NCBI GenBank assembly: GCA_964035545.1 | Contig: OZ037769.1 | Coordinates: 13,174,633-13,238,632, forward strand | Direction of reading: 5' to 3' | Source: Bugula neritina | Lineage: Eukaryota > Animalia > Bryozoa | DNA length: 64,000 bases | Part shown: positions 1 to 11,658 of the stretch, in pieces | Layout of the letters: each line of letters starts with the position of its first letter | Position numbering within the stretch: position 1 is the first letter of the stretch | Position numbers and translations under genes: made by a program | The notes under the pieces: model-generated | Seen by the model: the letters and a program-made list of their open reading frames with translations, nothing else | The model's database searches: none | Told to the model about the DNA's origin: nothing

Positions 1-321
1 CTCCACTATTCTTTTGAATAGTGGGAGTTGTGCCGCCTCTCGGTATTTAGGACTAACGTATAACTCTTCCATACTGATTGATCTGCCCAAAAATACGCAA
101 TATCCATGAGTGTAAATTGCATAGCCTATGACTCTAGCATGAGCTGTTTCACATACTAAACAGCAAAACTTTGCGGGCTTACTGTAGTAGTCCTTAACCA
201 ACTTATTAATATCCGCTACATCGTTAGTTGCTAGACTAAGCTCTTCTGCTCTTTTCACAATCAGTGGATGGATTTCTGTGAAATCTTCCCCAGTAGCTTC
301 TCTTATAATCACTTCATCCAT
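1..321 (-). CDS. SAT1/SAT2-like GNAT protein, array copy 1 (3' part runs off the window; not in the ORF track)
   Basis: Manual translation from ATG at 321: MDEVIIREATGEDFTEIHPLIVKRAEELSLATNDVADINKLVKDYYSKPAKFCCLVCETAHARVIGYAIYTHGYCVFLGRSISMEELYVSPKYREAAQLPLFKRIVE. Open to the window edge and clearly paralogous to 6171-6674. Confidence 0.85.
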   Translation of the reverse strand, partial: MDEVIIREATGEDFTEIHPLIVKRAEELSLATNDVADINKLVKDYYSKPAKFCCLVCETAHARVIGYAIYTHGYCVFLGRSISMEELYVSPKYREAAQLPLFKRIVE

Positions 322-2390
322 GACTTATTAGTAGTCCCAGCTATAAGCACTACGCATGTAAAGGCCACCAGGCTTATTACTGAAGCAGGAGTGTACCTAC
401 AGAAAGGTTTCTAGTACTCTAGCTGATTAGAATGACATAATGCTGGGATACTGATAGGGGATAGATCTGCAACCAATCGCGTAGCTTTAAGAGTCTGTGA
501 TATATAAATGGCTGCAAAAATGCAGTCATTTATTTACATAATCATTATTACACTAGACTTTACAGAGTTAACAAAGAAGGAAGTATAGCCTTGAATCCTT
601 ATTTGAGTAAAAATATGGGTGCCTGTGCAGCCTCCTTTCCTCATATACAAGTGGAGCTTCACTACTACTCATAAAATATATTTAGTACAAGTGTACTTTG
701 ACCTTTCTGTTTATGGTCTTATATATCTATCACTGAATAATATGAGTGGGGAGGTTTACTTTTGTTTAGTACATTTTACGTGAGCCACCACGGGTATTTT
801 TGATAAATATGATATTATATATTACTTTAATGCATGCACTGCATCTTAAAATTATTTTTTACACGCATGTGGATTAAATATATTAATATAATAATATAAT
901 ATTGGCTTGTAGACTAAGTTTACGTCATTTAGGTAAAAGTATGGGTGGGTGTGCAGCCTCCTCTCCCCATATTCAAGCAGAACTTCTTTGTAACAAAAGT
1001 CACAGGTTTGTCTTATTAGATGAATTGTGTGCTGCAAGTTCTTTTCGAAAATCTATTTATTTATTGGAAGTCAAAATGCGGTTCTGGAAAAGATTTTCTG
1101 CTAAATTCACAGCACACACAAAATTCCAATTTCAATAGTTTTAAAAGGTGCCATCCAACATTTATTTGTGGTGCTCAAGCTTATAAGCGTGATCCATGTG
1201 TGTTTTAATTCAAGAAGCATGACTCCAAAATGATAAATTAAACAATAGGACAATTGCTTTATACCGATAACTATAGAACTTAGAACTGCATGCTTGTATA
1301 AGTCATGAAATTAATTGAATACAATTTATATGTTATATATTGTATTTCAACAGTATATATACATGTATTCCATGTAGCCTGTGCTCGATGTTTTTATTGA
1401 CAGATACATGAAGAGTTAAACTGTATATATAGCAATTTCCTAGTTTCCATTGCATCAAATGAATCACCCATCAATACCCCTTGATGAATTACTGTTTTCC
1501 TGTTATGCTAAATTTGAAATTTGTAAATTTCGAGAAAGATATACATTACATAATCTGGGGATAATCTCCTATAGTGAAAGCATGAATAGTATGACACAAT
1601 AATACTACATGCTTTTCTTTTTAGTGAGAGTTTTACACCCTTGTCATGTTTATAACTGCTATAAGAAGTGTATGCACTTATCATACGCCAACTTTATTTT
1701 ATTTGTATTTTAATATAATTTAGTGCAAAATATAAGCAACAGATATGTCATGCTGATTTTTTTCTTTTTATCACCTGAAATATACAGTTTAGCTAAAAAG
1801 ATATATCATGAACAGTCAGTACTTTTGTAAACATGTACCAGCTTAGTTCATGAATTTAAAATTAAAGAATTCTTGACACATTTCAGCTATGCAGCATTAA
1901 GGTAGTTAGTTATCGCTGACTTCCATTACATGCTATTCTTAGCTGCTGCAACACACAGCTTTATCGCTGACTTGGCTTAAAAGTTTAAACTTCAAATTTA
2001 CAAACAATGCAGAAAATACTTCCGAGAACAAAACTTTTAGAAGTACATGCAACTATGGTATTGAGAGTTGAGTGTGCCAGGAATGACTTATTGTGTTAGA
2101 TAGCAACAAGCATGGAGCAACAATCTTAATCTTTGAATTTATTGTTTACTCTTTGTCTTGTACTCTATCAAAATATCAAAACATGAGCTCTTTAAACCGT
2201 CTTCCTGGCAAGTGAAACTACTAACAATTATAATACAAGCAAAAATAACATAACAAAAAGCCAAAAACTAGCTGAACAAGCTGCAAAAAGCTAATATATA
2301 CTTTCATTAAAATATTGGGCAAACAGTTTTCTGTTATCTATACAGGTTATAATAATAAATCTATTAGTCAAAATTCTAACAAAAAATGTT

Positions 2391-2873
2391 TCATATTTGT
2401 GGCATTGGACCAAGTTTTTTAAAATCTCCTGCCTCCAAATTATACAGCAAATATCCATCCTCCTTGGACATTACAGACGTGCCATTCTCAACTAGAAATT
2501 TACTGAACTCTGTATTATCAGGAGCAGAACATTCCATCTGAAGACACTTGAATTCTAGAGCGATGTCGACTAGTCTGTGTAACATTGGGAGTTGTGCTAC
2601 ATCTCTGTATTCGCGTAGCACATAGAGTTCATCTATGTTAATAGACCGGCCAATCCACGATGAGTAGGCGTAAGAGTAACTCAGATAGCCTATAATCCTA
2701 GTGTCTAGTTCACAGGCTAAACAGTAGAACTTTGCGGGCTTGCTGCTGTAGTCCTCAATCAACTGCTTTATGTTAGGTACATGGCTAGTTGGCAGTCCAA
2801 ACTCTTCTGTTCTTTTTATTATCAGTGGATGAATTTGGGTGAAATCTTCTTCTGTAGCTTTCCTTACAAGCAT
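2391..2873 (-). CDS. SAT1/SAT2-like GNAT protein, array copy 2 (160 aa)
   Basis: The ATG at 2873 (MLVRKATEED...) aligns with the paralogue starts; the ORF-track start at 2969 is a GTG. Diamine-acetyltransferase signatures: R-x-A-x-x-x-D N-terminus, IIGYLSYSYAYSSWIGRSINIDELYV. Confidence 0.85.
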   Translation of the reverse strand: MLVRKATEEDFTQIHPLIIKRTEEFGLPTSHVPNIKQLIEDYSSKPAKFYCLACELDTRIIGYLSYSYAYSSWIGRSINIDELYVLREYRDVAQLPMLHRLVDIALEFKCLQMECSAPDNTEFSKFLVENGTSVMSKEDGYLLYNLEAGDFKKLGPMPQI

Positions 2874-3011
2874 TTTGCTAAGTTGAGTTCTTAATGTCAC
2901 CGCACAGAGGATATTTGAAATAGCGGAATGAGTTTGAGAGAGTTTGGTTATAGTACCCTCATTACTCACGAGTGTGTAGCAGCTAGTAGTTTTGGAAGTG
3001 ACTGAAGCAAT

Positions 3012-3152
3012 AGGGAATCACTAGAAGCAGCACAACGTTAGGGGCCATCCAATGTTTTATAGACATCTATGTTTGAAAAACCGAACTCAATACTCTACAG
3101 TCTACACTAATGCGCTCAGTGAACCCCAACTTTGTGCTGTTTCAAGCGACTC
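3012..3152. mobile_element. Small MITE, family A (degenerate copy)
   Basis: Imperfect terminal inverted repeats (TIRs) gaatcactagaagcagcacaacgtt...aactttgtgctgtttcaagcgactc, similar to the copies at 28169, 36986 and 41304. Confidence 0.55.
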
Positions 3153-6100
3153 TCAATGCAGCGATCAGCTGGTGGTGCTATTATTATGCTCTTTAACCCT
3201 TTGCTGGTAACCACGTGATCACCCACATGGCACTGCATGCAGAGAATAACTTGTTAACTTAGTTAATTCTTCAGTTGACATCTAGTGCTCTATCAGTACA
3301 GCACTAAATGCCCAAACTATAAGTCTACACTCTACTATTTACAATGTAACACAGAAATATAATAGTTGTAATGGTGCTGCAACTGACAAATTAAGCTAGC
3401 CACTCATATGCACAAATTCAGACAACACTGTGGGCTGAATGATGAAATTTGGTCAGAATTGTAAATAGAAATTGAATAACTGAACTGTTGATTTATATGC
3501 AAGACATATATTTGGTGTGATTGCTATCATTATAATAGCCATTTATTACAGAGTTGTATTAGAGTATACTAAGAATTAAATCCCATGCTCAAGATAATAT
3601 ATATAACTGTTATGTTTCTAGGTGTCAGTCAGAAATGTGAGATCTTTTGTTATTCCGTACTATAATTTTTTTCCTATTGCTTCATTTTGGTGCTATATTT
3701 GTGTTATTTTTAGTTTTGGAAATGAAAATTTGAAAAAAGTGTTGGGGACAAAGTTAGGAAATATTGTAGTGAATTTACGATTCACTATAATTAGTGGGTC
3801 TACTTATGCAAAGCCACTTCACCAGATTTCGTACAAATTGAAAAGACTTTATTATTGCGAATTATACAAGAAATAAAACTGTTAACACTAGTACACACGA
3901 TTACATAATATAGAGTGATTTACACACAACTGTACATTATTAGAACTCGATCCACTCTGCTTAACTCTAGGCTGCCTAACAAGCTTCCACTACACACTTG
4001 CAGCTCCGCCTACTAATTAATTGTTAGTCACATCCCATTGGTCAACACGGTGGTGCCATCCTAACGACATGATGCTGACTGCATCATGTAACTGTCCGAG
4101 ATAGAGTTATCCTTTCGATATAAACTAACTACTTGGGAACACAATACTAAACTCTTTACAATATCTCAGCACTTAACCAGCACCTTTTGCTGATAATCTT
4201 TTTAAACTACAATACTCAGTAGGCTTTGGTGGGGGGGGGGGTTATAAGTATAAGTATATAATGAACATTACCGTGTAGCCAGAGCTACAGAAATACATTT
4301 ATAATTTAAATGCTTTAGTTTACCAATAAGCATTCTTCCACCATTATTCATACCTAAAATTCATACATATATAATTGACCAGTTAAGTGGGCTTGGTGGC
4401 TAGAGCTGTCCAAGTACAACATAACTCACCTACTGTATGATTGATCTGTTGTCACCAGTAAATAATTAATGGGGGTTTATATCTCACCCAATCGACTGGA
4501 AGCAGGACTGCTTATAGCGTATTATTTGGTACTTTGTGGGCAAAACATATGAAACTCTGAAATTAAGTTTTTATGAGAAGCATTCACAGCCCTTCCCTGT
4601 AGTTTGATACATAATAAAATATTCTTTATTCCTGCACACAATTAACATTTGATAAACATCAATATGAGATTCAATCTATATGCATGACAAATTAATATAG
4701 TTTGGCATTAGCTGGTATGTTGGCATTGCAGTAACTGCAGTAAGGAAACCTAGCACAATATTAAAATAAAGACAGGCTGATTGTTGTAAAATTATCGTTT
4801 TGGCATAGTTAGGAGTTATGACATCATGGTTGTTAGTACAGTGTAAAAGGCGCAAGCTGAATGCAAATGTGAACAGCTGGGGCATTCTATAGTAAGGCTG
4901 GTGACTTGTGATAATTCTACAACTTCATAAATATGCCAGACTTTGATACTATAACATAATTGTTACTAAGCAATATCTGTAGTATTGAGATTTCTCTGTT
5001 ATAGATCCTATATATAAGTGTAATGTTGAAGGTCTTCGGTTTGATTTGTGGTAGGGGGGGGGGGGTACAAAAGTTCATTATATTCAGTAATAAGTTCCAT
5101 GTACCAAATTTAAAGACAAATACATAAATATATTATAGTATTGTCAACAAAGGCAATATAATAGTGCTTCATTCTACCCATTGAACTATAACCCCATAGT
5201 TTTAGTTTCAGTTCAGTGATTCTACCATTTCAGCAGTACTCATGCTAAAATACAAGGTGAAGGCCTATGTTTTCACTTAGTAATAGCATATTGTATAGTT
5301 TATAATGCACATAGTAATGGTCTATTGTACTGTGCTAATACCCTCAAGTATTGGCAGTTTTAGATCTTCGCAACAGTGTCTACAGTCCACACTGAATTAG
5401 AAATATTTATTTTCCAGTTCAAATTGAGCTTCTAGCTACATAAATATTATAGCTAGATAGATATTATATAGCCACATAGATATTATATAGCTACATAGAT
5501 ATTATATATAGCTATAACCAGCACTGAGTGGGTGTAAACCCAATGAGACTCCAAGGCCAAACACACCTCTTTACGTGCTGGTTAAATAAGAAATATCTTA
5601 AACTGTATAGTGTATACGTTCAATTTCAACAGCAAACAAAAATTGTTATTTATAAAAGTCTTTGAGGTACAATGTATATTTAATTCAAGCTTTAATATGT
5701 AGCTTTTAGCCTCTCAGCCAAATTAAATTCCATAAATACAATATAAGAAAAAACGAAAAAGACGTAGTTGCACACGCTGTATGCAATTTTTTCCAGATTA
5801 AGTTTGTTGAAAAATTTATTCACATGTTAATTCACATCACCATTTCCTTTAAAAAGAAGTAGCCAAATAATTTAGGAGCTTTATGGGTTTACAGAAACAA
5901 CATACAGTCATACACCATCTGTGTTGGTGCTAAACTCTATATAGCCCTTAATTCTACATTTAGACCCAGATCAGAGAAAGCTGAATATAGTTGAACTTCG
6001 GAAACTTTTTTGAAAAGACTTGGTTTGGAGCGAGTGTAAATTCTTGCAAAAACATAACTTATTTCGCTAAGTTCTCATTTTCAGCTAGTCCATTATAGCA

Positions 6101-6170
6101 CATGTCTCTAATGCTAAGGAGTGATTGGGTAAGGCAGTGCATTAGACATGCTGATACTAGATATTAGCAG

Positions 6171-6674
6171 TTAGTTGAAACCCAGGCAATGCTTCTCCTG
6201 GATTGTCGATTTGTCCAGACGATACTGCAAATATCCCTTCTCTTCAGAATAAACTGTAGTTCCATGCTTTACCCAAAACTCATGCATCTTCAAACTGTTT
6301 GTAGATGAAAGCCAAGCTAGTCTAAGATGTCCAAAGTTGTGAGTTATTTCAACTATTCTTTTGAACAATTGGAGTTGTGCCGCTTCTCGGTAATCGGGCA
6401 CCACGTAAAATTCATCCATACTGATAGATCTGCCCTCATGCACACAAAATCCAAATGTGTAAATCACATAGCCTATAATCCTAGTGTCTAATTCACACAC
6501 TAAACAATAGAACTTTGCGGGCTTGCTACAGTAGTCCCTAACCAGTTTGTTAATGTCCGAAATGCCACCATCTGACAATTTTAATTCCTCAGCTCTCTTA
6601 ACAATCAGTGAATGAATTTGAAAGAAATCTTTTTCTGCTGCTTCCCTTATAATTAAACCTTCGACTTGATTCAT
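6171..6674 (-). CDS. SAT1/SAT2-like GNAT protein, array copy 3 (167 aa)
   Basis: IIREAAEKD...KPAKFYCLVCELDTRIIGYVIYTFGFCVHEGRSISMDEFYV; single-exon ORF. Confidence 0.85.
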   Translation of the reverse strand: MNQVEGLIIREAAEKDFFQIHSLIVKRAEELKLSDGGISDINKLVRDYCSKPAKFYCLVCELDTRIIGYVIYTFGFCVHEGRSISMDEFYVVPDYREAAQLQLFKRIVEITHNFGHLRLAWLSSTNSLKMHEFWVKHGTTVYSEEKGYLQYRLDKSTIQEKHCLGFN

Positions 6675-7800
6675 GTTTGTTACTGGTTTTATCTGTGTCC
6701 ACTAGTGTAGCTAATACAACTTATAAAATATGATCTGTTAAAGTAATAAAATTATCACCCTTGGTAGACCTAGGCTATGGGTTATACAAGCAACTAGCAA
6801 TACCTTCACGCGCCACTGCACATGAACAACTAACAAAATGCAAGCATTATACATACACCCTGTACACATACACAAATACTTCTTCCTTTATCTTTGAGGT
6901 ATGTCTTTGTTTAAATATAAACCACCATAAGTATTTCACGCTAAGCATAAATTAAACCCAACACTTTATGCGGTATTAAAATATTTTATTATCTACTAAC
7001 TGTTGGAGAGTTGTCTGCCCAAATAACTTTGTTGTATAATACATTTTGTGCAAGCATGTCCTGAATTTATTTGAGAATTCTTAGTGACTCCAGATGATGT
7101 GCTCAGTAGGCTCACAGTCGGAGTTATGACACTACCCTGCTATAATGTGTTTGTTTGTGCGTGTACGTGTGTGTAGACAATGTTTTATGAAAAACGCCAA
7201 CTAACTGTTGAAGCCACTGTAGAAGTATATTTTTAGATTGTGATATTTCGGGCTTATAGCTTTGCATCATGAGATGTTGTTTGACTATGAAGTAAAGCAA
7301 CCACACTCTCAATCACAACTCAAAACCTTATAAGTCCAAGCTTATAAGCAAAATTTACATTTCCGTCCAATCAGAAACTAGAATCTATTAATTGTCCCCA
7401 AACTCTTTTAATTAATTCTGCAAAACTGTGATATCATAAGCATTGAAGTGGGCTTGTTATTCAGAATAGCTCATACAATTTCCATAAGTACAGGCAAAGA
7501 TTTCATGGGATGATCATTTTGAATAATTTGACAATCCAACATATTTAGATATACACTGATAGCAAGCAACCAGTTTTATATAGACTTTATAATAGTAATA
7601 TATAAAATATATAACTATATCAGTATTTTTGACTATAGTATATAATAAGAAGTTTTCTTTTACTCCAAGACCCAAGTATCACCACATAGATTTTATTCAT
7701 TTCAAAAACATATAAGAAAGCAATTTGGAATACAAAATTACAACCATTTATCAACTTAAAGTATCATTATATTTTAAAACAATTAACGTTTATTTTTTAG

Positions 7801-8292
7801 CTAATAGTCAAAATCATCCTGTAACACATAAAATTGAGAACTGTCCAAATGGTATCGAAGGGATCCATTTATTTCAGAAATAACTTTGGCTCCATTCTCA
7901 ATGGTAAACTTATGAAATTCAATGTCATTTCTGCAAGCAACACATCGTAACTGTTGGTATCCCAACTGCAGAGTAACATTGGTCAGTTCTTTCAACAGCC
8001 AGATCTGTGCTTCTTCTCTATACTCAGGTAATACGTAGAGTTCATCCATGTTTACACACCTTCCAGATCTTGATGAGTAGCCATAGGAGTAGATTGCATA
8101 ACCCACAATCATAGAACCAACTTCACAGACCAGGCAGAAGAACCTAGCTGGCCTGCAGTTATAATCATGGAGTAACTTTCTAATGTTTGGCACTCGACTA
8201 GCCGTAAGTTTGGTTTTTTCTGCCTTTTTAATAATTAAAGGGTAAATTTGCATCAAGTCTTTCTCACTAGCACTTCTGATAACTATAGACAT
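7801..8292 (-). CDS. SAT1/SAT2-like GNAT protein, array copy 4 (163 aa)
   Basis: IVIRSASEKD...RPARFFCLVCE...IVGYAIYSYGYSSRSGRCVNMDELYVLPEYR; single-exon ORF. Confidence 0.85.
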   Translation of the reverse strand: MSIVIRSASEKDLMQIYPLIIKKAEKTKLTASRVPNIRKLLHDYNCRPARFFCLVCEVGSMIVGYAIYSYGYSSRSGRCVNMDELYVLPEYREEAQIWLLKELTNVTLQLGYQQLRCVACRNDIEFHKFTIENGAKVISEINGSLRYHLDSSQFYVLQDDFDY

Positions 8293-9066
8293 TTTACCAT
8301 CAATTAATTTATTGAATTTAGCTGCCGATGTTTTTCAAGTGTATAATAAATTATGATGGAGCTTAGCCTGTCCAAGTTAGAGTGTTTATCTGTAGCTTCA
8401 ACTACCATTTATCTTTTGGTCCTTTTCTCCTGTCCTATATATATATATATATATATATATATTTTTTTTAGAAATTGTTTGTACACAAAATATATTTTTT
8501 GTTGTTAAATACGTAATTGAATAAAATAAATAGTGATAAAGCTAGAATGACTTTGCATATTTATTTATCAACAATTTTTTATGTAAATTTTTATTGTTCG
8601 GTATAAACTTGTTTTATAAAAAATGGGGTATGAATCTTTAATACTTAAAATAGTAGTATTATTAGACAGTTTCATATACCCCTTGGAAGAAAATATATAG
8701 TGGTTTGTGAGGTTCTACTGTAACAAGTATGCAAGATCAAATGATTCTTTTTAATATACAAGAGCTAATAGTTACACACACAACACGAACGCAAGGGTTG
8801 TTCAACAAGCAGCTTCTAGTTGGGGGTGAAGCACAATTTTAGTTTGAGAAACCTCAATTTACCATCATTATACAGCAAAACTTAGAACTATGCACAATAT
8901 TACAAAAATATTGGTGTTAATTAATTATTGATGAGGTCACTAATAAACTTTTTATTAATATAGTGACTGAATTCTTTATTTATTTGTAATAACCCAGATG
9001 TATACACTCCTCAACTAATACATATAGCAAAACAATAATGAAATAGCGTGGCGGTGGTAATAATAT

Positions 9067-9205
9067 TTAATGGGTACTGCCTAACATTAATTAATGGGTA
9101 CTGCCTAACATTAATTAATGGGTACTGCCTAACATTAATTAATGGGTACTGCCTAACATTAATTAATGGGTACTGCCTAACATTAATTAATGGGTACTGC
9201 CTAAC
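9067..9205. repeat. Perfect 24-bp minisatellite (TTAATGGGTACTGCCTAACATTAA) x ~5.8
   Basis: Identical head-to-tail units with no spacers. Confidence 0.95.
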
Positions 9206-9818
9206 GACAAAAATCAACTTCTAAATATCAATAATTCTTTGCTGTAGTTGTTATAACAGGAACTTGTGGTATTCCGCTACAACTTACTGTATAGCTGTTA
9301 CTAATATGGCTAAGCCTCAGTGATTTACTATAACAGTATTATATGCATATAATTTATGGTAATTACCTTGTAGATGACTCCTCTCGTTCTGGTACGTCTA
9401 CCTGAAGCTGGGTCTTACAGAGAAGTGACTTCAGATAGCAAGAGACTTCTTGCCGGTTAGTTTCACATCAGCTGCTTCAGGATAGGTTGCAGTATTACAA
9501 GGGTGGCTGCATCTTCATATAAGGATATAAAGTCACATAGCTGCAGGATCAGGGTGTTTGACCTATGGGAACTGACTTCAAAGCGAAAATGTAATTATAA
9601 TTGTTACGAAATTAGTGCATGTTACAGACAGTAGGAGACAGCTTGGCTATTGTGATGACATATTGTCTCTAATCTGTATACCAATGAAAAGTTAATTTAT
9701 GTGGGGGTGGAGCTGGGCGTTATGAGATGAGAATGTAGAATGAGAATTGAATAAATCTAAAGTCCATAATTCCACTACAACATAGTTACTGTGGATTCTC
9801 TTACAGGGTTAGTTTACT

Positions 9819-10295
9819 TTAGCTTGCTAGAGTGTTAAAATTAGATTTGTCTACCCTGCACTGGTGCCATGCCTCAGTTACTGTAACATCAACTGCACCA
9901 TGCTTTGTCCAGAACTCATTGTGGTCCGATGCTGGAGAGGTCCAAGCTGTTCTCTTGCAATCTTTTTCTATAGCAATCTCTACTAACCTCTTCAACAACT
10001 TATACTTCACTTCATATTCACACTGAGGCTGCGTGTGAAGGTCATCAATATTCAACACTCGAGCCATCCATGTTGAATAGCCGAATGAATAGATTGCATA
10101 TCCCACAATTCTATCACCTTCTTCACAGACAAGACAGTTGAATTTCGGAGGTTGACTTTTTAAACAGTCTATCGCCAATTTTTCTACAGTAGGTAGTCTA
10201 GTTACTCCCAGGTCTTGTCTCGTAGCATTCTCTACCATTAATGAATGTAGCTCTGTAAAATCTTTCTGTTCAACATCTCTAATGATGGCAGCCAT
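9819..10295 (-). CDS. SAT2-like (diamine/thialysine acetyltransferase family) GNAT protein, array copy 5 (158 aa)
   Basis: IVGYAIYSFGYSTWMARVLNIDDL matches the family YSTW-x-G motif, and GAVDVTVTEAWH resembles the SAT2-type C-terminus. A minus-strand acceptor (ttttag) just upstream of the ATG suggests a 5'UTR intron. Confidence 0.85.
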   Translation of the reverse strand: MAAIIRDVEQKDFTELHSLMVENATRQDLGVTRLPTVEKLAIDCLKSQPPKFNCLVCEEGDRIVGYAIYSFGYSTWMARVLNIDDLHTQPQCEYEVKYKLLKRLVEIAIEKDCKRTAWTSPASDHNEFWTKHGAVDVTVTEAWHQCRVDKSNFNTLAS

Positions 10296-11658
10296 CCTTG
10301 TTTAAACCTAAAATTCAATTGAAATATCACAAAAGTGCAGCTAGTTGAAGTTAGTAGAACAAGCTGTGCTCTGACTATTATAGACTAGCTATAGCTTGTA
10401 GTAAACCACTATTCACTGACAAAGGAGTTCATTCAATTAATTAGTACTTCAAAGCTATACTACATATACTATCTTCAGTTCATTGTTATATTTATATATT
10501 ATATCCAAAAGGACACTCTATTACCCGCCCTCATTGTCACATGCTAAAGCCAGGGTAGCAAGCTGATACTTAGCTAAAAGCTGTGCCAATACAAATTAAA
10601 TGCATTTCTAAATTTCATAAATGTGAACATAGTACAGTTGTGATAGTTGAATTCTATCAGATTATAATTTATAGTAGGCTACAAACGAGGCAAGTCAGCA
10701 AAATGTTGTTGACTTGAGTATCTCCCATAGTGATGCAACGGCTTATATATCTTATATGATTCTAATTAGGTTTTGAATAATAACTTTGCTAAACTAATTA
10801 CTCATCTATTTCTTTTTTTACCATCATTCATAAATTACCTAAAAGTAAATACAGTTGTGGGGAAATGTGTGATCCATTATTACTGTGTAAAAAATACTGT
10901 TTTTAATCATCGTGATGTATCATGAATTATTTGCTGATTTTGCTTAATTACTTTAATGGCAATATTGTCATATAAATACTTATTTTTGGCTTAGCCTACA
11001 ATAATAATAATTTAAACAATTATGCTCTGAAAATATGATGTTATTGATTCAGATCATTTGACTAGCTTTTGTGTGAGCTTCTGAGCCTAATGTTTTAATT
11101 TAAAAGGAGCACAGTTGGTTAGAGTGCAACAGTAGAAACTTTGAGCACAGCAATGTTTTGATATTGATACATATATTATATTTTACTGTCATAAAGTCTA
11201 ATTGTAGAAAATTATGCTAGGAAGTAAAAAAATATATCATAGAAGGAATATGATGAAACATTAGGCCTGGGCCATACAGCAATATATTATGTTATAAATG
11301 CAACAAAAACCGAAATAGTTTTAACTTTAGAAAATGAATTTATAATATACATGTATTGTGTCAAAAAAATGTATAACTATACTCAGTCAAATGGTTTTAT
11401 GAAAATAAACCATAGGCCCCTAGTGTACTGCACTTTTTATGAACATTATCAAAAAAATCTCAGGAATTATCTTCTCGGTATAAAAAGGTAACAACCTCAA
11501 ATTACAAATTTTTATTCAACATGAAAATTAAGAACTTACTGCAAACCCCTTTAATAAACTTAGTTTAGGCTTGAAAGCATGTGCTTCGTAGAATACTTGA
11601 CTGATATAGATACAATCTCAAAGTGTACTTAGGTCTCATACTAATTTTCTGGCCAACT

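Noticed and set aside
614-990. Two ~45-bp similar segments (614-660 and 940-990) and small ORFs at 852-1208
   Set aside because: A short local duplication with no recognisable coding or structural signal.
2874-2969. N-terminal extension of GNAT copy 2
   Set aside because: It depends on a GTG start; paralogue alignment supports the ATG at 2873.
9067-9205. CRISPR-like 24-bp repeats and the VRQYPLIN ORF
   Set aside because: The units are contiguous with no spacers, there are no cas genes, and the context is eukaryotic; the ORF is a by-product of the repeat.
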